IMG/VR virus record: IMGVR_UViG_3300031088_000776
DNA length: 64,000 nucleotides
DNA from: a virus
Lineage: Duplodnaviria > Heunggongvirae > Uroviricota > Caudoviricetes
Strand: one strand, 5' to 3'
Positions 1-8,381 of this stretch are shown here, in pieces. Under the pieces are notes generated by a model that saw only the letters and a list, made by a program, of their open reading frames with translations, ran no database searches and was not told the DNA's origin. The stretch's first letter is position 1, and each line of letters opens with the position of its first letter. The translations under genes and the position numbers were made by a program.

Positions 1-174
1 ATGGTAAGAAATCAATCAGATGAATCATTATATGTTGAAGGGATGCAGGCTGTAACACAGTCTCTTCCTATTGTTAATCAAGTTTTGACCCCTAAAGCAG
101 CTGAGGCATTCGCTGAGGGCGTTCAGGATGGTCGGCAGATTAAAGCGATCATTGATGCTGAAGTTTTAGATTAA
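1..174 (+). CDS. short ORF (57 aa) at the window edge, hypothetical
   Basis: ATG at 1, TAA at 172-174, followed by a hairpin terminator. It is below the ORF-track length cutoff and may be the tail of a longer upstream gene. Confidence 0.25.
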   Translation: MVRNQSDESLYVEGMQAVTQSLPIVNQVLTPKAAEAFAEGVQDGRQIKAIIDAEVLD

Positions 175-187
175 TCTTTAAATAAAA

Positions 188-229
188 AAGTAGGTGGTTG
201 GGGTAGTGACTCTTGACCACCTACTTTAG
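188..229 (+). terminator. intrinsic terminator-like hairpin
   Basis: aagtaggtggt ... accacctactt, an 11-bp stem followed by ttt. Confidence 0.55.
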
Positions 230-270
230 TAATTACTGAATGCTACATTGCTATTTTAAAAAAGATTGCA

Positions 271-438
271 GGTCGATTCTAAGCGTCTTGTAGCGTCAAA
301 TTTGGCTCTTAGGGTATAGTCATACAGTAGACGGCATTTACTGTAAAAACTGCAATTTTACTGCAAAAGACCACCTAGTTAGACCCGAGGCTATCACGGT
401 AAACTAGACGCGCTTAGTAGCGCAGTTTCTACTGCATC
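271..438 (+). repeat. family A composite repeat, copy A1 (degenerate 3' stem arm)
   Basis: Shares ggtcga..ctaagcgtc..tgtagc, ttagggtatagtcatacagtagac, the hairpin core gaccacctagtt and the ttagtagcgcagttt module with the copies at 15262, 29436, 52470 and 62826. Confidence 0.8.
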
Positions 439-467
439 AAGAAAATCGAAAAATATGCTGCTATAAT
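435..467 (+). promoter_or_regulatory. putative promoter with an extended -10 (TGcTATAAT at 459-467)
   Basis: The TGnTATAAT motif lies 31 bp upstream of the 498 start codon. The -35 element is weak. Confidence 0.3.
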
Positions 468-497
468 TCAAAAACTTAGTCATTTGATAAGATTGCT

Positions 498-1061
498 ATG
501 AGAATAAGAAAAGAATTGAAATTAGAGAATCTCAAAAAGGCGGTAGACCGAATGGCTGACAATAGTAAAAGAATCATGATTACTGGTCATCGAACAAGAG
601 ACTTCACTCTTGATCAGATCAAATACGCTCAAGAATCACTTCAAAAAGTCATCAAAGGGCTATTGAAGAGTAATCCCGATGCAATCTTCGTCTCAGGCGG
701 AGCAACTGGAACTGATACTTGGTGGAGTCTTCTGGCGCAAAAGTTTGAGCGGCCTTTAGAGTTGTATCTAGCCTTCCCAAATCAAGACTCACAGTGGAGC
801 AATAAAGAAAAGGCTCTTCATAGACATATTAAGAATTACGCCTCAGAAATCACATACGCCTCTGATGAATATAGTAAGTCAGCCTATCATATCCGGAATG
901 ACTCAATGCTAAAAGTTGCGGATATTGTAGTTGCCGTATATGATTCTAATAAGAATAAGTCTGGCACACATTCAGTAGTTCAAAAAGCTAGAAAAATGGG
1001 AAAGCCGCTAATTATCATAGATTTTATTAACGAAGAGATTATAAAGGAGAAAAATGGGTGA
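498..1061 (+). CDS. YpsA/DUF1273-like SLOG-family Rossmann protein
   Basis: The motifs IMITGHR, VSGGATGTDTWW and VVAVYD match the B. subtilis YpsA pattern (ITGYK, ISGQLG..W, LLLLYD). The gene overlaps the next gene by 8 bp. Confidence 0.55.
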   Translation: MRIRKELKLENLKKAVDRMADNSKRIMITGHRTRDFTLDQIKYAQESLQKVIKGLLKSNPDAIFVSGGATGTDTWWSLLAQKFERPLELYLAFPNQDSQWSNKEKALHRHIKNYASEITYASDEYSKSAYHIRNDSMLKVADIVVAVYDSNKNKSGTHSVVQKARKMGKPLIIIDFINEEIIKEKNG

Positions 1062-1581
1062 GATTAAGCTTGACGAGTCTATAAAAATGGCATACGTCTT
1101 GCGACATAACCCTAGTTCAGTAGGTCTAGAGTTAGATTCTAAGGGAACTGTAGAATTAAAGAAGTTTTGTGAAGCTCTTGGCTTTACTGAAGAGGTAGTT
1201 AGAGAAATCGTAGAGAATGACTCGAAAGGTCGTTTCGTTCTTCGTAGTGAGAGAATTTCAGCTGCTCAGGGCCACTCGATTAGCGTTGAAGCTGAATTAA
1301 GCTCTTTTACGCCTACTGATGTTGTCTACCATGGAACTAAGCGTAAATTTCTGAAGTCAATTATGAAGTCTGGCTTGAAGCCTATGAGCAGAACTTTAGT
1401 TCACCTTTCAACAACTGTTGACACTGCTCAGAAAGTTGCTGATCGACGTAAAGGTGAGTCAGTAATTCTTGTTATTGATGCAGTTAGCATGGTTTCTGAA
1501 GGTCATTTGCTAAAGATTTCTGAAAACGGAGTTGTTCTTGTTGAGCATGTTCCCTCAAAGTTCATAAGAATTATGGAGTAA
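1054..1581 (+). CDS. kptA: RNA 2'-phosphotransferase, Tpt1/KptA family
   Basis: YVLRHNPSSVGL, AAQGHS, VVYHGT and RTLVHLS align with the conserved motifs of E. coli KptA (VLRHKP, AVQGHS, LYHGT, VHLS). Confidence 0.9.
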   Translation: MGEIKLDESIKMAYVLRHNPSSVGLELDSKGTVELKKFCEALGFTEEVVREIVENDSKGRFVLRSERISAAQGHSISVEAELSSFTPTDVVYHGTKRKFLKSIMKSGLKPMSRTLVHLSTTVDTAQKVADRRKGESVILVIDAVSMVSEGHLLKISENGVVLVEHVPSKFIRIME

Positions 1582-1721
1582 TTTATTTTACTGTTCTGGC
1601 TTTACAACCCTTTAGGTTTGTTTATAGAAAGACAACGTTTAGTTATTGTAGGTTAGAAAATCGAGAATAATTCTGTACTTCAAGTTCGTTTTTTAAGAAT
1701 ATTCTAATAGTTAGGTATGGA

Positions 1722-1848
1722 TTAACGCTCAATACCATCTTAACAGTCAGTAGTTAAAGTCTAACAGCAGCTAAGTGAAAAGATGAACAAATACCCATCT
1801 GAATTTAGCTGCTGTTAGACTGTCTGGTGCCGCTGCTTAGAGCGTATT
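1722..1848 (+). repeat. family B repeat, copy B1 (candidate structured RNA)
   Basis: Core caacagtcag ... gactgtctggtgccgctg with an internal perfect 16-bp inverted repeat, gtctaacagcagctaa (1759-1774) and ttagctgctgttagac (1805-1820). Homologous to the copies at 16403 and 55636. Confidence 0.75.
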
Positions 1849-1871
1849 ATTTTTAAGTATTTAACAAAGCT

Positions 1872-2462
1872 TTAATCATTATTTATCTGCTCGCTACTTA
1901 TCCATTCTTCCGAATCAGCATCATCATATACTTCATCCTGCGAGTATGACTCAAAAGCTAACTCAAAGTCTTTAAGAGTTTTAGTAATATTCTTTAATAT
2001 TTCATGAGCGATCATGATTAAATGAGATAGTTGCTTGTCAAAGAAATCTTTAGAATCATTATCGAATGGTTCCTCCTTAGAAGAATTGATTCGATAAGTT
2101 ACCTGACCTGTTTGCGGATAGTATCTAGTTCCTCGAGCAAAGTCTTTAATATGGTAGTCTTCTTTATTTGCGTCTTCAAAAGTTGCTTCAATACTAAAGT
2201 TAGGCTCAAGATGCTCATCAATAGACTCTATTGCTTTCTTGAGTAAATCAGACTCATCACGCTCAAGTATTTGATTTTCGAAAATTATTGAACCATCGCC
2301 TCGATTGTCAGAAGTTTTACAAATTTTAATTGAGTATCCAGTTTCTTCCTCAGTTAAGACGATTGTTATAGTGCTGTCTCTTTGGTTTACTTCAAATCTT
2401 TTAGGAATTTTCATAATATTCCTCCTACAAAAAATAGTCGCTGATAACTTAGCTTGTAGCAT
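1872..2462 (-). CDS. hypothetical acidic protein
   Basis: 196-aa ORF with no recognised motif. Confidence 0.5.
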   Translation of the reverse strand: MLQAKLSATIFCRRNIMKIPKRFEVNQRDSTITIVLTEEETGYSIKICKTSDNRGDGSIIFENQILERDESDLLKKAIESIDEHLEPNFSIEATFEDANKEDYHIKDFARGTRYYPQTGQVTYRINSSKEEPFDNDSKDFFDKQLSHLIMIAHEILKNITKTLKDFELAFESYSQDEVYDDADSEEWISSEQINND

Positions 2463-2503
2463 TAATTATCAGCGACTTAGTCAATGAGATTATTGATTTT
2501 TAT

Positions 2504-2897
2504 TTAAAGGTCCATCTCAGAGTCAATAGTGTAGTAGACCTTCTTGATTCCAGCCTTACGTAGAGCGGCTTGGCAGTTTTCGCAGGGCTTGCTCATTGCT
2601 TGAGAATCATCCTTCAAGATTCGTGCTACATAAATGACAGCACCGCGAAGATCAGTCTTTCCGCAATTCCGGATAGCAGCTACTTCCGCGTGAACAGATA
2701 CTGCATGATCTGGATTTTCAACATAACCGTTTGAGAGTAGAGTACGGTTGACTCCTGACCCAACTTCTTTGCCGTTCTTAACTACGATTGCGGCGAGACG
2801 ATAAGTGCAGGTCGATGACTTTGCTAGCTCTGACGCCTTAGCTAGCTTCTCCTTTAGTGGAATGGGAAAGAGCCACCTTGAACTTCAAATCATTCAT
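2504..2897 (-). pseudogene. dCMP/cytidine deaminase paralog, frameshifted
   Basis: The reverse-strand translation MNDLKFKVALSHSTKGEAS* is followed, in another frame, by ...AIVVKNG...HAEVAAI...PCENC..., which is co-linear with the intact copy at 3000-3392. Confidence 0.7.
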
Positions 2898-2999
2898 GAT
2901 TCGTACTCCTAAAATTTAAGAATTTGTTTTAACAAGTATAACTATATCAAGTAGTTGTCTTTTGGCAAAACTTGCAAAAATATTTTAGACAGTATGTTC

Positions 3000-3392
3000 T
3001 TACAGATCCATTTCAGAATCAATAGTGTAGTAGACCTTCTTGATTCCTGCTTCTCGAAGTGAATTCTGGCATCGGTCGCAAGGCTTACTCATTACAGGGT
3101 CACCACACTTCGAAACGCGGGCCACATAGATAACAGCTCCATTAAGATCTGCGCCGCGGGACGCCTTGATAGCTGCTACTTCAGCATGGATTCCCGCTCC
3201 AGTCTTAGGATCAGTGATCTGACGAGGATTGTTAACTTTGTAATTAACTCCTTGAGAAATGACATTGCCATTCTTAACAATGATAGCGCCATGCTGATGG
3301 CGATACTTAGAAGTTTTTGCTAATTGTAAAGCACGGTCTAGTAGATCCTTAGTTCGCGCGGACTGCGGAGCTCGGAACTTCAAATTCGACAT
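3000..3392 (-). CDS. deoxycytidylate (dCMP) deaminase
   Basis: Carries the HAEVAAI and PCDRC zinc-binding motifs of the CMP/dCMP deaminase family. GAAAGG lies 11 nt upstream of the ATG that starts MSNLKF. The longer ORF reaching 3437 is possible. Confidence 0.85.
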   Translation of the reverse strand: MSNLKFRAPQSARTKDLLDRALQLAKTSKYRHQHGAIIVKNGNVISQGVNYKVNNPRQITDPKTGAGIHAEVAAIKASRGADLNGAVIYVARVSKCGDPVMSKPCDRCQNSLREAGIKKVYYTIDSEMDL

Positions 3393-3538
3393 GTGCTTTA
3401 AGCCTTTCAAAAAATCAATATGTAACTCATTAATCATACAAAAAATTCTTAAATATTCAAAATTGCGAAAAGCAGTATTGAAAATTTCATTAAAACTTTC
3501 AAAAAATAGTTATATTTGATATAGTTCTAACAAACAAT

Positions 3539-3610
3539 GCTTTTGTGGGCTATAGGTAGGCCAGTTGACTCTAAATCAACCGTATGCGAGTTCGATTCTC
3601 GTCAAAAGCA
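3539..3610 (+). tRNA. tRNA with anticodon CUA (amber suppressor, tRNA-Sup)
   Basis: Hand-folded cloverleaf. Acceptor stem GCTTTTG/CAAAAGC, U8, D-stem GGCT/GGCC with A14 and G18G19. Anticodon stem GTTGA/TCAAC around the loop C-T-CTA-A-A, with U33 and A37. 5-nt variable loop. T-stem GCGAG/CTCGT with a TTCGATT loop. Discriminator A. No encoded CCA. Confidence 0.85.
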
Positions 3611-3868
3611 CTTTAAAAACTTTTTAAATACACTCTAAAACGAAAGGTGATTCAAAAATGACCTAGGTACTTTTGACTCATAATTCACTTTATTTCAAGC
3701 GGGCTTGCTTACTGCATGCTCGCTTATTCAGCATGCTCTGTCGATTAAGAATATAAGATATGTGCGAATGCATAGTCAAAAAACATCGCGTAAAAAGACT
3801 TAAACATATAAACGCACATCTAACTATACCAGAAAACAATCTTAATCAATAGTACAGGAGTACTAATC

Positions 3869-4408
3869 ATGTCTAACATCAAAGACACTCTAGAAGAATT
3901 AAAAGCTGTAAGAGAATTTCGTGAAGTCAAGGCTAAGAGAGCTAGACTGGATCTTTATAAAGCAATAGAAAAAAGAAGAATCAAGGCGCGAGTGATTGTT
4001 CTAGCAGTCTTAAGAAAGAAATTTTCGAAAGATGATTTTTTGGCCCTTGAGTACCGAATTAAAACTCGTAAGAATCTTGACTACTCTAAAGAGTTGAACT
4101 GGGTTCTTCAAGAAAAAACTAATGATAGAGACTTCATTACTCAAGAGCAGATTATTTTGGCTTCTCTTTCTGTTCGAGAAGTTGCTAGAAGAACTCGAAT
4201 TGAGGTTGATGCTTTCAAGAAGTCTGAGAAACTTCGATTGAAAAAGAAAGAACTTCAAGAAAATATTGAGTTACACGATACTCTTAATAAAGAGAAGACT
4301 GAGAGATATATTAAGGACAGCATGATCCAAAAAGAGATTAATACTGCTCGTATAAGAAAGAATACTCTTATTAAAGAAATTCAAAAACTCGAAAGCGAAG
4401 TCAAGTAA
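3869..4408 (+). CDS. hypothetical coiled-coil protein
   Basis: ORF rich in Lys, Glu and Arg. Confidence 0.5.
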   Translation: MSNIKDTLEELKAVREFREVKAKRARLDLYKAIEKRRIKARVIVLAVLRKKFSKDDFLALEYRIKTRKNLDYSKELNWVLQEKTNDRDFITQEQIILASLSVREVARRTRIEVDAFKKSEKLRLKKKELQENIELHDTLNKEKTERYIKDSMIQKEINTARIRKNTLIKEIQKLESEVK

Positions 4409-4409
4409 A

Positions 4410-4922
4410 ATGAATCATCTGCAAAAAATTATTGTTAAATCAAATGAGTTAGACTCTAAGAGAGAAGAATTATCAGTAGCTCAGGAAGATTTTCTTAAAG
4501 AGGAACAAGTCTTCAATAAGAGTGTTTCGCGCGAGACTCTTAACTTGCTATTCGTTGGCCGCAATGTTCTTAAAAAGATCTTAAGCCCAATAGAGTTTAA
4601 GAAGTTTGAAAGAGGATACTATAAAACTCAGTTCTTCTCTGGGCTTAAATGGCTGAGAATCCATGACCCTAAAATTAGTTTTGAGGTATGGAGAACTGAC
4701 CCTAGTAAGGGAACAATTATTTTGAAGGGTTTTGATTGTAGTGGTAATTATCTAGCTTACTCTATTTCAGCAGATATTTTGAATTATAGTATTAGAGAAT
4801 TTGCGAAGATGGTTAGGGTTCAATCTAAAGAGGCTCTTATAAAGTCTTGGGAGGATGAAATTTTAAAGGCTGAAGAGACTATCGAGCGAAATAAAAAGAA
4901 TTTGAAGAAATTTACTCACTAA
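4410..4922 (+). CDS. hypothetical protein
   Basis: ORF whose start abuts the stop of the preceding gene. Confidence 0.5.
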   Translation: MNHLQKIIVKSNELDSKREELSVAQEDFLKEEQVFNKSVSRETLNLLFVGRNVLKKILSPIEFKKFERGYYKTQFFSGLKWLRIHDPKISFEVWRTDPSKGTIILKGFDCSGNYLAYSISADILNYSIREFAKMVRVQSKEALIKSWEDEILKAEETIERNKKNLKKFTH

Positions 4923-4991
4923 TGGTTTACTTTTTATTAGAAAATTGTTAGGATCACATTTACTAAAGGACTCACTTAAACTACGAAGAGG

Positions 4992-5402
4992 TTGATTGAA
5001 ATGACTGTTGAAGCTATCGCTAATATGCGTCTCGATAAAATCCGCTTGAAGAAAATTATTCAAAGACTTAATGAAGAGTTAGGCCCGGGGCTTGTTTCAA
5101 GGGCGGCTTCAGATAAGGGTTACTTCATGTCTATTGAGTGGTGCTCATATGGAGCTGGCCATGCTGAGCCTACTGCTACTGAAGAGGTTAAAATTTTAGC
5201 CTTAGCAACAACTTGGGAGGCACTTTCCCGATTCGGTTCCTCTAATGCTTTAGATTGGCTACAAAATAGCAATTCTCTTCTTGACAGTGAGAGTCCTATT
5301 GAAGTTTTGAGTAAAGGGCACTTCGAGGATTTTGATAATGCATTTGAAGCTCAACTCAATGAGATTCGAGATGTAAGATTAAAGCGAGGATTTGCCGCTT
5401 AG
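4992..5402 (+). CDS. hypothetical protein
   Basis: ORF ending in a tandem TAG TAG, followed by a terminator. Confidence 0.5.
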   Translation: MIEMTVEAIANMRLDKIRLKKIIQRLNEELGPGLVSRAASDKGYFMSIEWCSYGAGHAEPTATEEVKILALATTWEALSRFGSSNALDWLQNSNSLLDSESPIEVLSKGHFEDFDNAFEAQLNEIRDVRLKRGFAA

Positions 5403-5417
5403 TAGTATTTTTATTTC

Positions 5418-5457
5418 AAAGAGGGTTGAAGGTATCAATATGCTTTCAACCCTCTTT
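5418..5457 (+). terminator. intrinsic terminator
   Basis: aaagagggttgaa ... ttcaaccctcttt. Confidence 0.7.
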
Positions 5458-5587
5458 AAGCATAAACATCAACTATCGGCAACAATTAGAGTAAAGTTTG
5501 TTTAATCTATTAACTGATTCTTGTTGATTTTAAGAAATCTCAAAGACCTCCTTTTAGAAAAAGTTTAAACATTATGGGGGTTTAAAA

Positions 5588-6679
5588 GTGAAGTATCATG
5601 TTAACGATGAAGGTCGAGTTCTTGTTTGCAAGGCTGATGTTCGAAGCTGTAACTTCGGTGAAGAAGAAGGCGGTATTGGCCACTATCCTAACCCTAAAGA
5701 CGCTGAGAAAGCATATGAGCGTCATATGCAATCAAAAATTTTCGCGAATGTTTCACGTCATCCTGAAATTCGTTACGAAGCTCCTTTAGAGTCTGCTAGT
5801 TATCATGAAAAAGTCCTTAGAGACTGCTATGACCGAAACAAAGAAATGTCGCAAATACAGCTGGCTAAACATTATAACTATGTTAGCGATACTATTTCAG
5901 AGCTTTATAAAAAAGGGATGACTACTGAAAAGACTCACGCTAGAGAAACTAAAGCTGGCCTAGCATTTAATGATGAAAGAGTCAAGGCTCATACTGAAAT
6001 CATTAATGAATTTATCGAAAAATATAAAGAAGTTCCTGAAAATGGTGAGGCTTTGTTCGCTGGCGGTCTCGGCGGGGCAGGCAAGTCTACAGTTCTAGGG
6101 CAATACGCTGGAATTGATCAATCGAAGTACGTAACCTTAAACCCCGATGATATTAAAGAGATTATGGCTGAGAAAGGATTGATCCCTAAAGTTAAGGGTC
6201 TGACTCCAATGGAGGCATCTCCTTTAGTCCATGAAGAGGCATCGCATATTACTGCTATAATCTTTGAAAAGATTCGTCAAAAGAAAAAGAATATTATCTT
6301 CGATATAACAATGTCTAGTCTTGGTTCAGTACAAAATAGAATACTTCATCTTAAGAAAGCAGGATATACTAAAGTTAGTGGTGTTTTTGTGGATATTACT
6401 CCAGAGACTTCGCATGAGAGAGGCGAGTATCGCTACCGTCAAGGTCTTCAGGATTATCTGAAAAATAAAAACGGCCACGGTGGGAGATTCTTACCGGGTA
6501 ATATTACAAGTGGTTTAAAGACAGATGAAGATAGTCAATTTAAATCTAAGAATGCTGAAAACTTTGTGAATCTTGCTAAACTTGGCGGTTTCACGCATAT
6601 GCCTCGAGTTTTTAATAATAATGTTTTTGGTCGTGACCCACAAGAAATAAGCTTTAAGAAGTTCGTTAAAGGTGAGTAG
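5588..6679 (+). CDS. N-module family protein with a C-terminal P-loop kinase (zeta-toxin/AAA_33-like)
   Basis: N-terminus MKYHVNDEGRVLVCKADVRSCNFG..GHY..AEKAYE carries the shared module. The C-terminal domain has the Walker A motif GGLGGAGKST. Confidence 0.5.
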   Translation: MKYHVNDEGRVLVCKADVRSCNFGEEEGGIGHYPNPKDAEKAYERHMQSKIFANVSRHPEIRYEAPLESASYHEKVLRDCYDRNKEMSQIQLAKHYNYVSDTISELYKKGMTTEKTHARETKAGLAFNDERVKAHTEIINEFIEKYKEVPENGEALFAGGLGGAGKSTVLGQYAGIDQSKYVTLNPDDIKEIMAEKGLIPKVKGLTPMEASPLVHEEASHITAIIFEKIRQKKKNIIFDITMSSLGSVQNRILHLKKAGYTKVSGVFVDITPETSHERGEYRYRQGLQDYLKNKNGHGGRFLPGNITSGLKTDEDSQFKSKNAENFVNLAKLGGFTHMPRVFNNNVFGRDPQEISFKKFVKGE

Positions 6680-6761
6680 ATCTTAGTAGTTAGTTTAATG
6701 TCTTAAAATTTGATTATTAGAAGAATTGCGATATAGTAGTTAATGACGAAAGGATTTAATA

Positions 6762-6986
6762 ATGGAAACTACTCTTAAAGAACTCTTTGAAAAGTACTCG
6801 AACGGTGAATTGACTCTTGCGGAAATTAAGCCTCAACTTGCTAATGTTGCTTGGCCTGAAAAGAAGACTGAATCCGGAGAAACTTGGTATGAGGGCAATC
6901 AGGATAATACTGTTGCTGGAGTTCAGGCGACTCTTGAGACGCGCCGCGATCGGCGTAAGTTTGAAGAATTTCTCGCTATCATTTAA
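6762..6986 (+). CDS. hypothetical small protein
   Basis: 74-aa ORF. Confidence 0.4.
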   Translation: METTLKELFEKYSNGELTLAEIKPQLANVAWPEKKTESGETWYEGNQDNTVAGVQATLETRRDRRKFEEFLAII

Positions 6987-7006
6987 GCTATAAGTTTAGA
7001 ATTAAC

Positions 7007-7046
7007 TAAAGGGTTGAACCAACATTTTAATGGTTCAACCCTTTAG
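7007..7046. terminator. bidirectional terminator hairpin
   Basis: taaagggttgaacc ... ggttcaaccctttag, lying between convergent genes. Confidence 0.7.
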
Positions 7047-7068
7047 AGGCTTAAGATTATTGTATGTT

Positions 7069-7434
7069 CTATTCTTGCTTACCAACGAGATAGTCACCTG
7101 CAAATACACGAATAGTCTTGAAGTATCTTTTCATAGATTTCTCAATAGTATCCCCACCAACATTGTTAGAGGTATGCACAATGACTTCTTGAATATTTGG
7201 TGAGTTATCGAAAAAGCATAATTCTTCTATCTTGCTCAATACTGGAATAGTTGAATCTTTTTCTCCTTCAGGGGTTAATCCAAGATCATGATCAAACCAT
7301 AGTTGTTCAATGATAGTATTAGAATCAATAGAGTTGAGCCACTCTAGAGCTTCAGCGCTCGATCTCAGCACAATTGTGTCTTCCTTTTCGAATTTCTTCA
7401 GAAAACTTCTTTCATCGTCAATAAGAACAATCAT
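7069..7434 (-). CDS. CheY-like receiver (REC) domain protein, stand-alone
   Basis: MIVLIDDE (acidic pocket), WFDHDLG (candidate phospho-acceptor Asp), IVHTSN (Thr) and a later Lys follow the spacing of a REC domain. Confidence 0.4.
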   Translation of the reverse strand: MIVLIDDERSFLKKFEKEDTIVLRSSAEALEWLNSIDSNTIIEQLWFDHDLGLTPEGEKDSTIPVLSKIEELCFFDNSPNIQEVIVHTSNNVGGDTIEKSMKRYFKTIRVFAGDYLVGKQE

Positions 7435-7607
7435 TTTAATCCTTTTAAAATACTGAGATATTTTTCATCTTAAACTAACTATATCATACTGTTAATAAGA
7501 AGTCTTTATTTCTAGTCGATATGAACCTTTAACTTACTGTAATTGAATTTATTTTTCATTTTAGAAAATGTGCTATTTAGTTGAACTCAATACATTTGGA
7601 GCTATAA

Positions 7608-8381
7608 ATGACTAGATACCATATTAACGATGCGGGTAATCCTGGGCAGTGTGAAGCGAAGATCAAGTGCCGCTTTGGTGATTTAGAGACTGAGCATTAC
7701 GGATCGCGAGAAGAAGCTGCACAAGCCTATGAAGAGAAGCAAGAAAAGGAGATTCAAGAAGCGCGGAAAGCCTTAGACACTCTTAATAAACTTGAAGGTG
7801 TTAGCAGAAGTTTAACTAAAAACTCAGATAGACTTAGACAAAAGATTGAAGCTACAGAGAAGATCGTTAAAGTTGCGTCTAACGAGGGGAATTTAGATTC
7901 TTTCGAGAAGCATTATAATGAATTAAAAAAGCTTGAAGCAGAACGTAAAGAAGTTGAGACGAAACGAAAAGAAGTTGCTTCAATAATCTCTAAAAAAGAA
8001 GAGTTACAGAAATCAAGCTCACAAAAGACAACAGCTGCTCAACTACGAATTGCTGAAGATAAAACACTAGAGACTCGAGCTAAACTAATTAAAGATAAAT
8101 CAAAGTTGCAGGCTGCTGAAAAGAAGTTTAACTCAAAAATAGCCTCTAGGGCTGATATAAGCGAGCTGAAGCCACTTATGGAAGAACTTAAAATATTACA
8201 AGATCAAGTTGAACAATCTAACTCAGACTGGAAGAAGGCTACCTCTGAACTTTCAAAACTTAAGAAAGCGGAGCCAAAACGAAAGAAAAGCAATCCAGAA
8301 GTAAAGACGCTTAAGAAGTCTTCTCGAAGTGAAGATTACTACAATTATAATTGTGGTGGATACGGATCTGGTCGATGCTAA
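7608..8381 (+). CDS. N-module family protein with a Lys-rich coiled-coil C-terminus
   Basis: N-terminus MTRYHINDAGNPGQCEAKIKCRFG..EHY..AAQAYE. The remainder is a coiled coil that ends CGGYGSGRC. Confidence 0.5.
   Translation: MTRYHINDAGNPGQCEAKIKCRFGDLETEHYGSREEAAQAYEEKQEKEIQEARKALDTLNKLEGVSRSLTKNSDRLRQKIEATEKIVKVASNEGNLDSFEKHYNELKKLEAERKEVETKRKEVASIISKKEELQKSSSQKTTAAQLRIAEDKTLETRAKLIKDKSKLQAAEKKFNSKIASRADISELKPLMEELKILQDQVEQSNSDWKKATSELSKLKKAEPKRKKSNPEVKTLKKSSRSEDYYNYNCGGYGSGRC

Noticed and set aside
2031-2487. Antisense or overlapping small ORFs inside 1872-2462. The same applies to 4010-4258, 9369-9644, 13027-13832, 17966-18249, 30038-30471, 32396-32735, 42572-43432 and others.
   Set aside because: Each is fully embedded in, and antisense to or out of frame with, a longer ORF that has recognisable domains. 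No independent signals were seen.
3539-3610. Global TAG-to-sense recoding in this region
   Set aside because: At least ten well-supported genes end in TAG at positions matching homolog C-termini. The suppressor tRNA may act at low level or on genes outside this window.
8351-8374. TTG start at 8351 giving MWWIRIWS... for the dNMP kinase paralog
   Set aside because: The in-frame ATG at 8375 yields MLKLIGISGKPG with the P-loop at the canonical distance from the N-terminus, and it overlaps the upstream stop in the typical ATGCTAA fashion.
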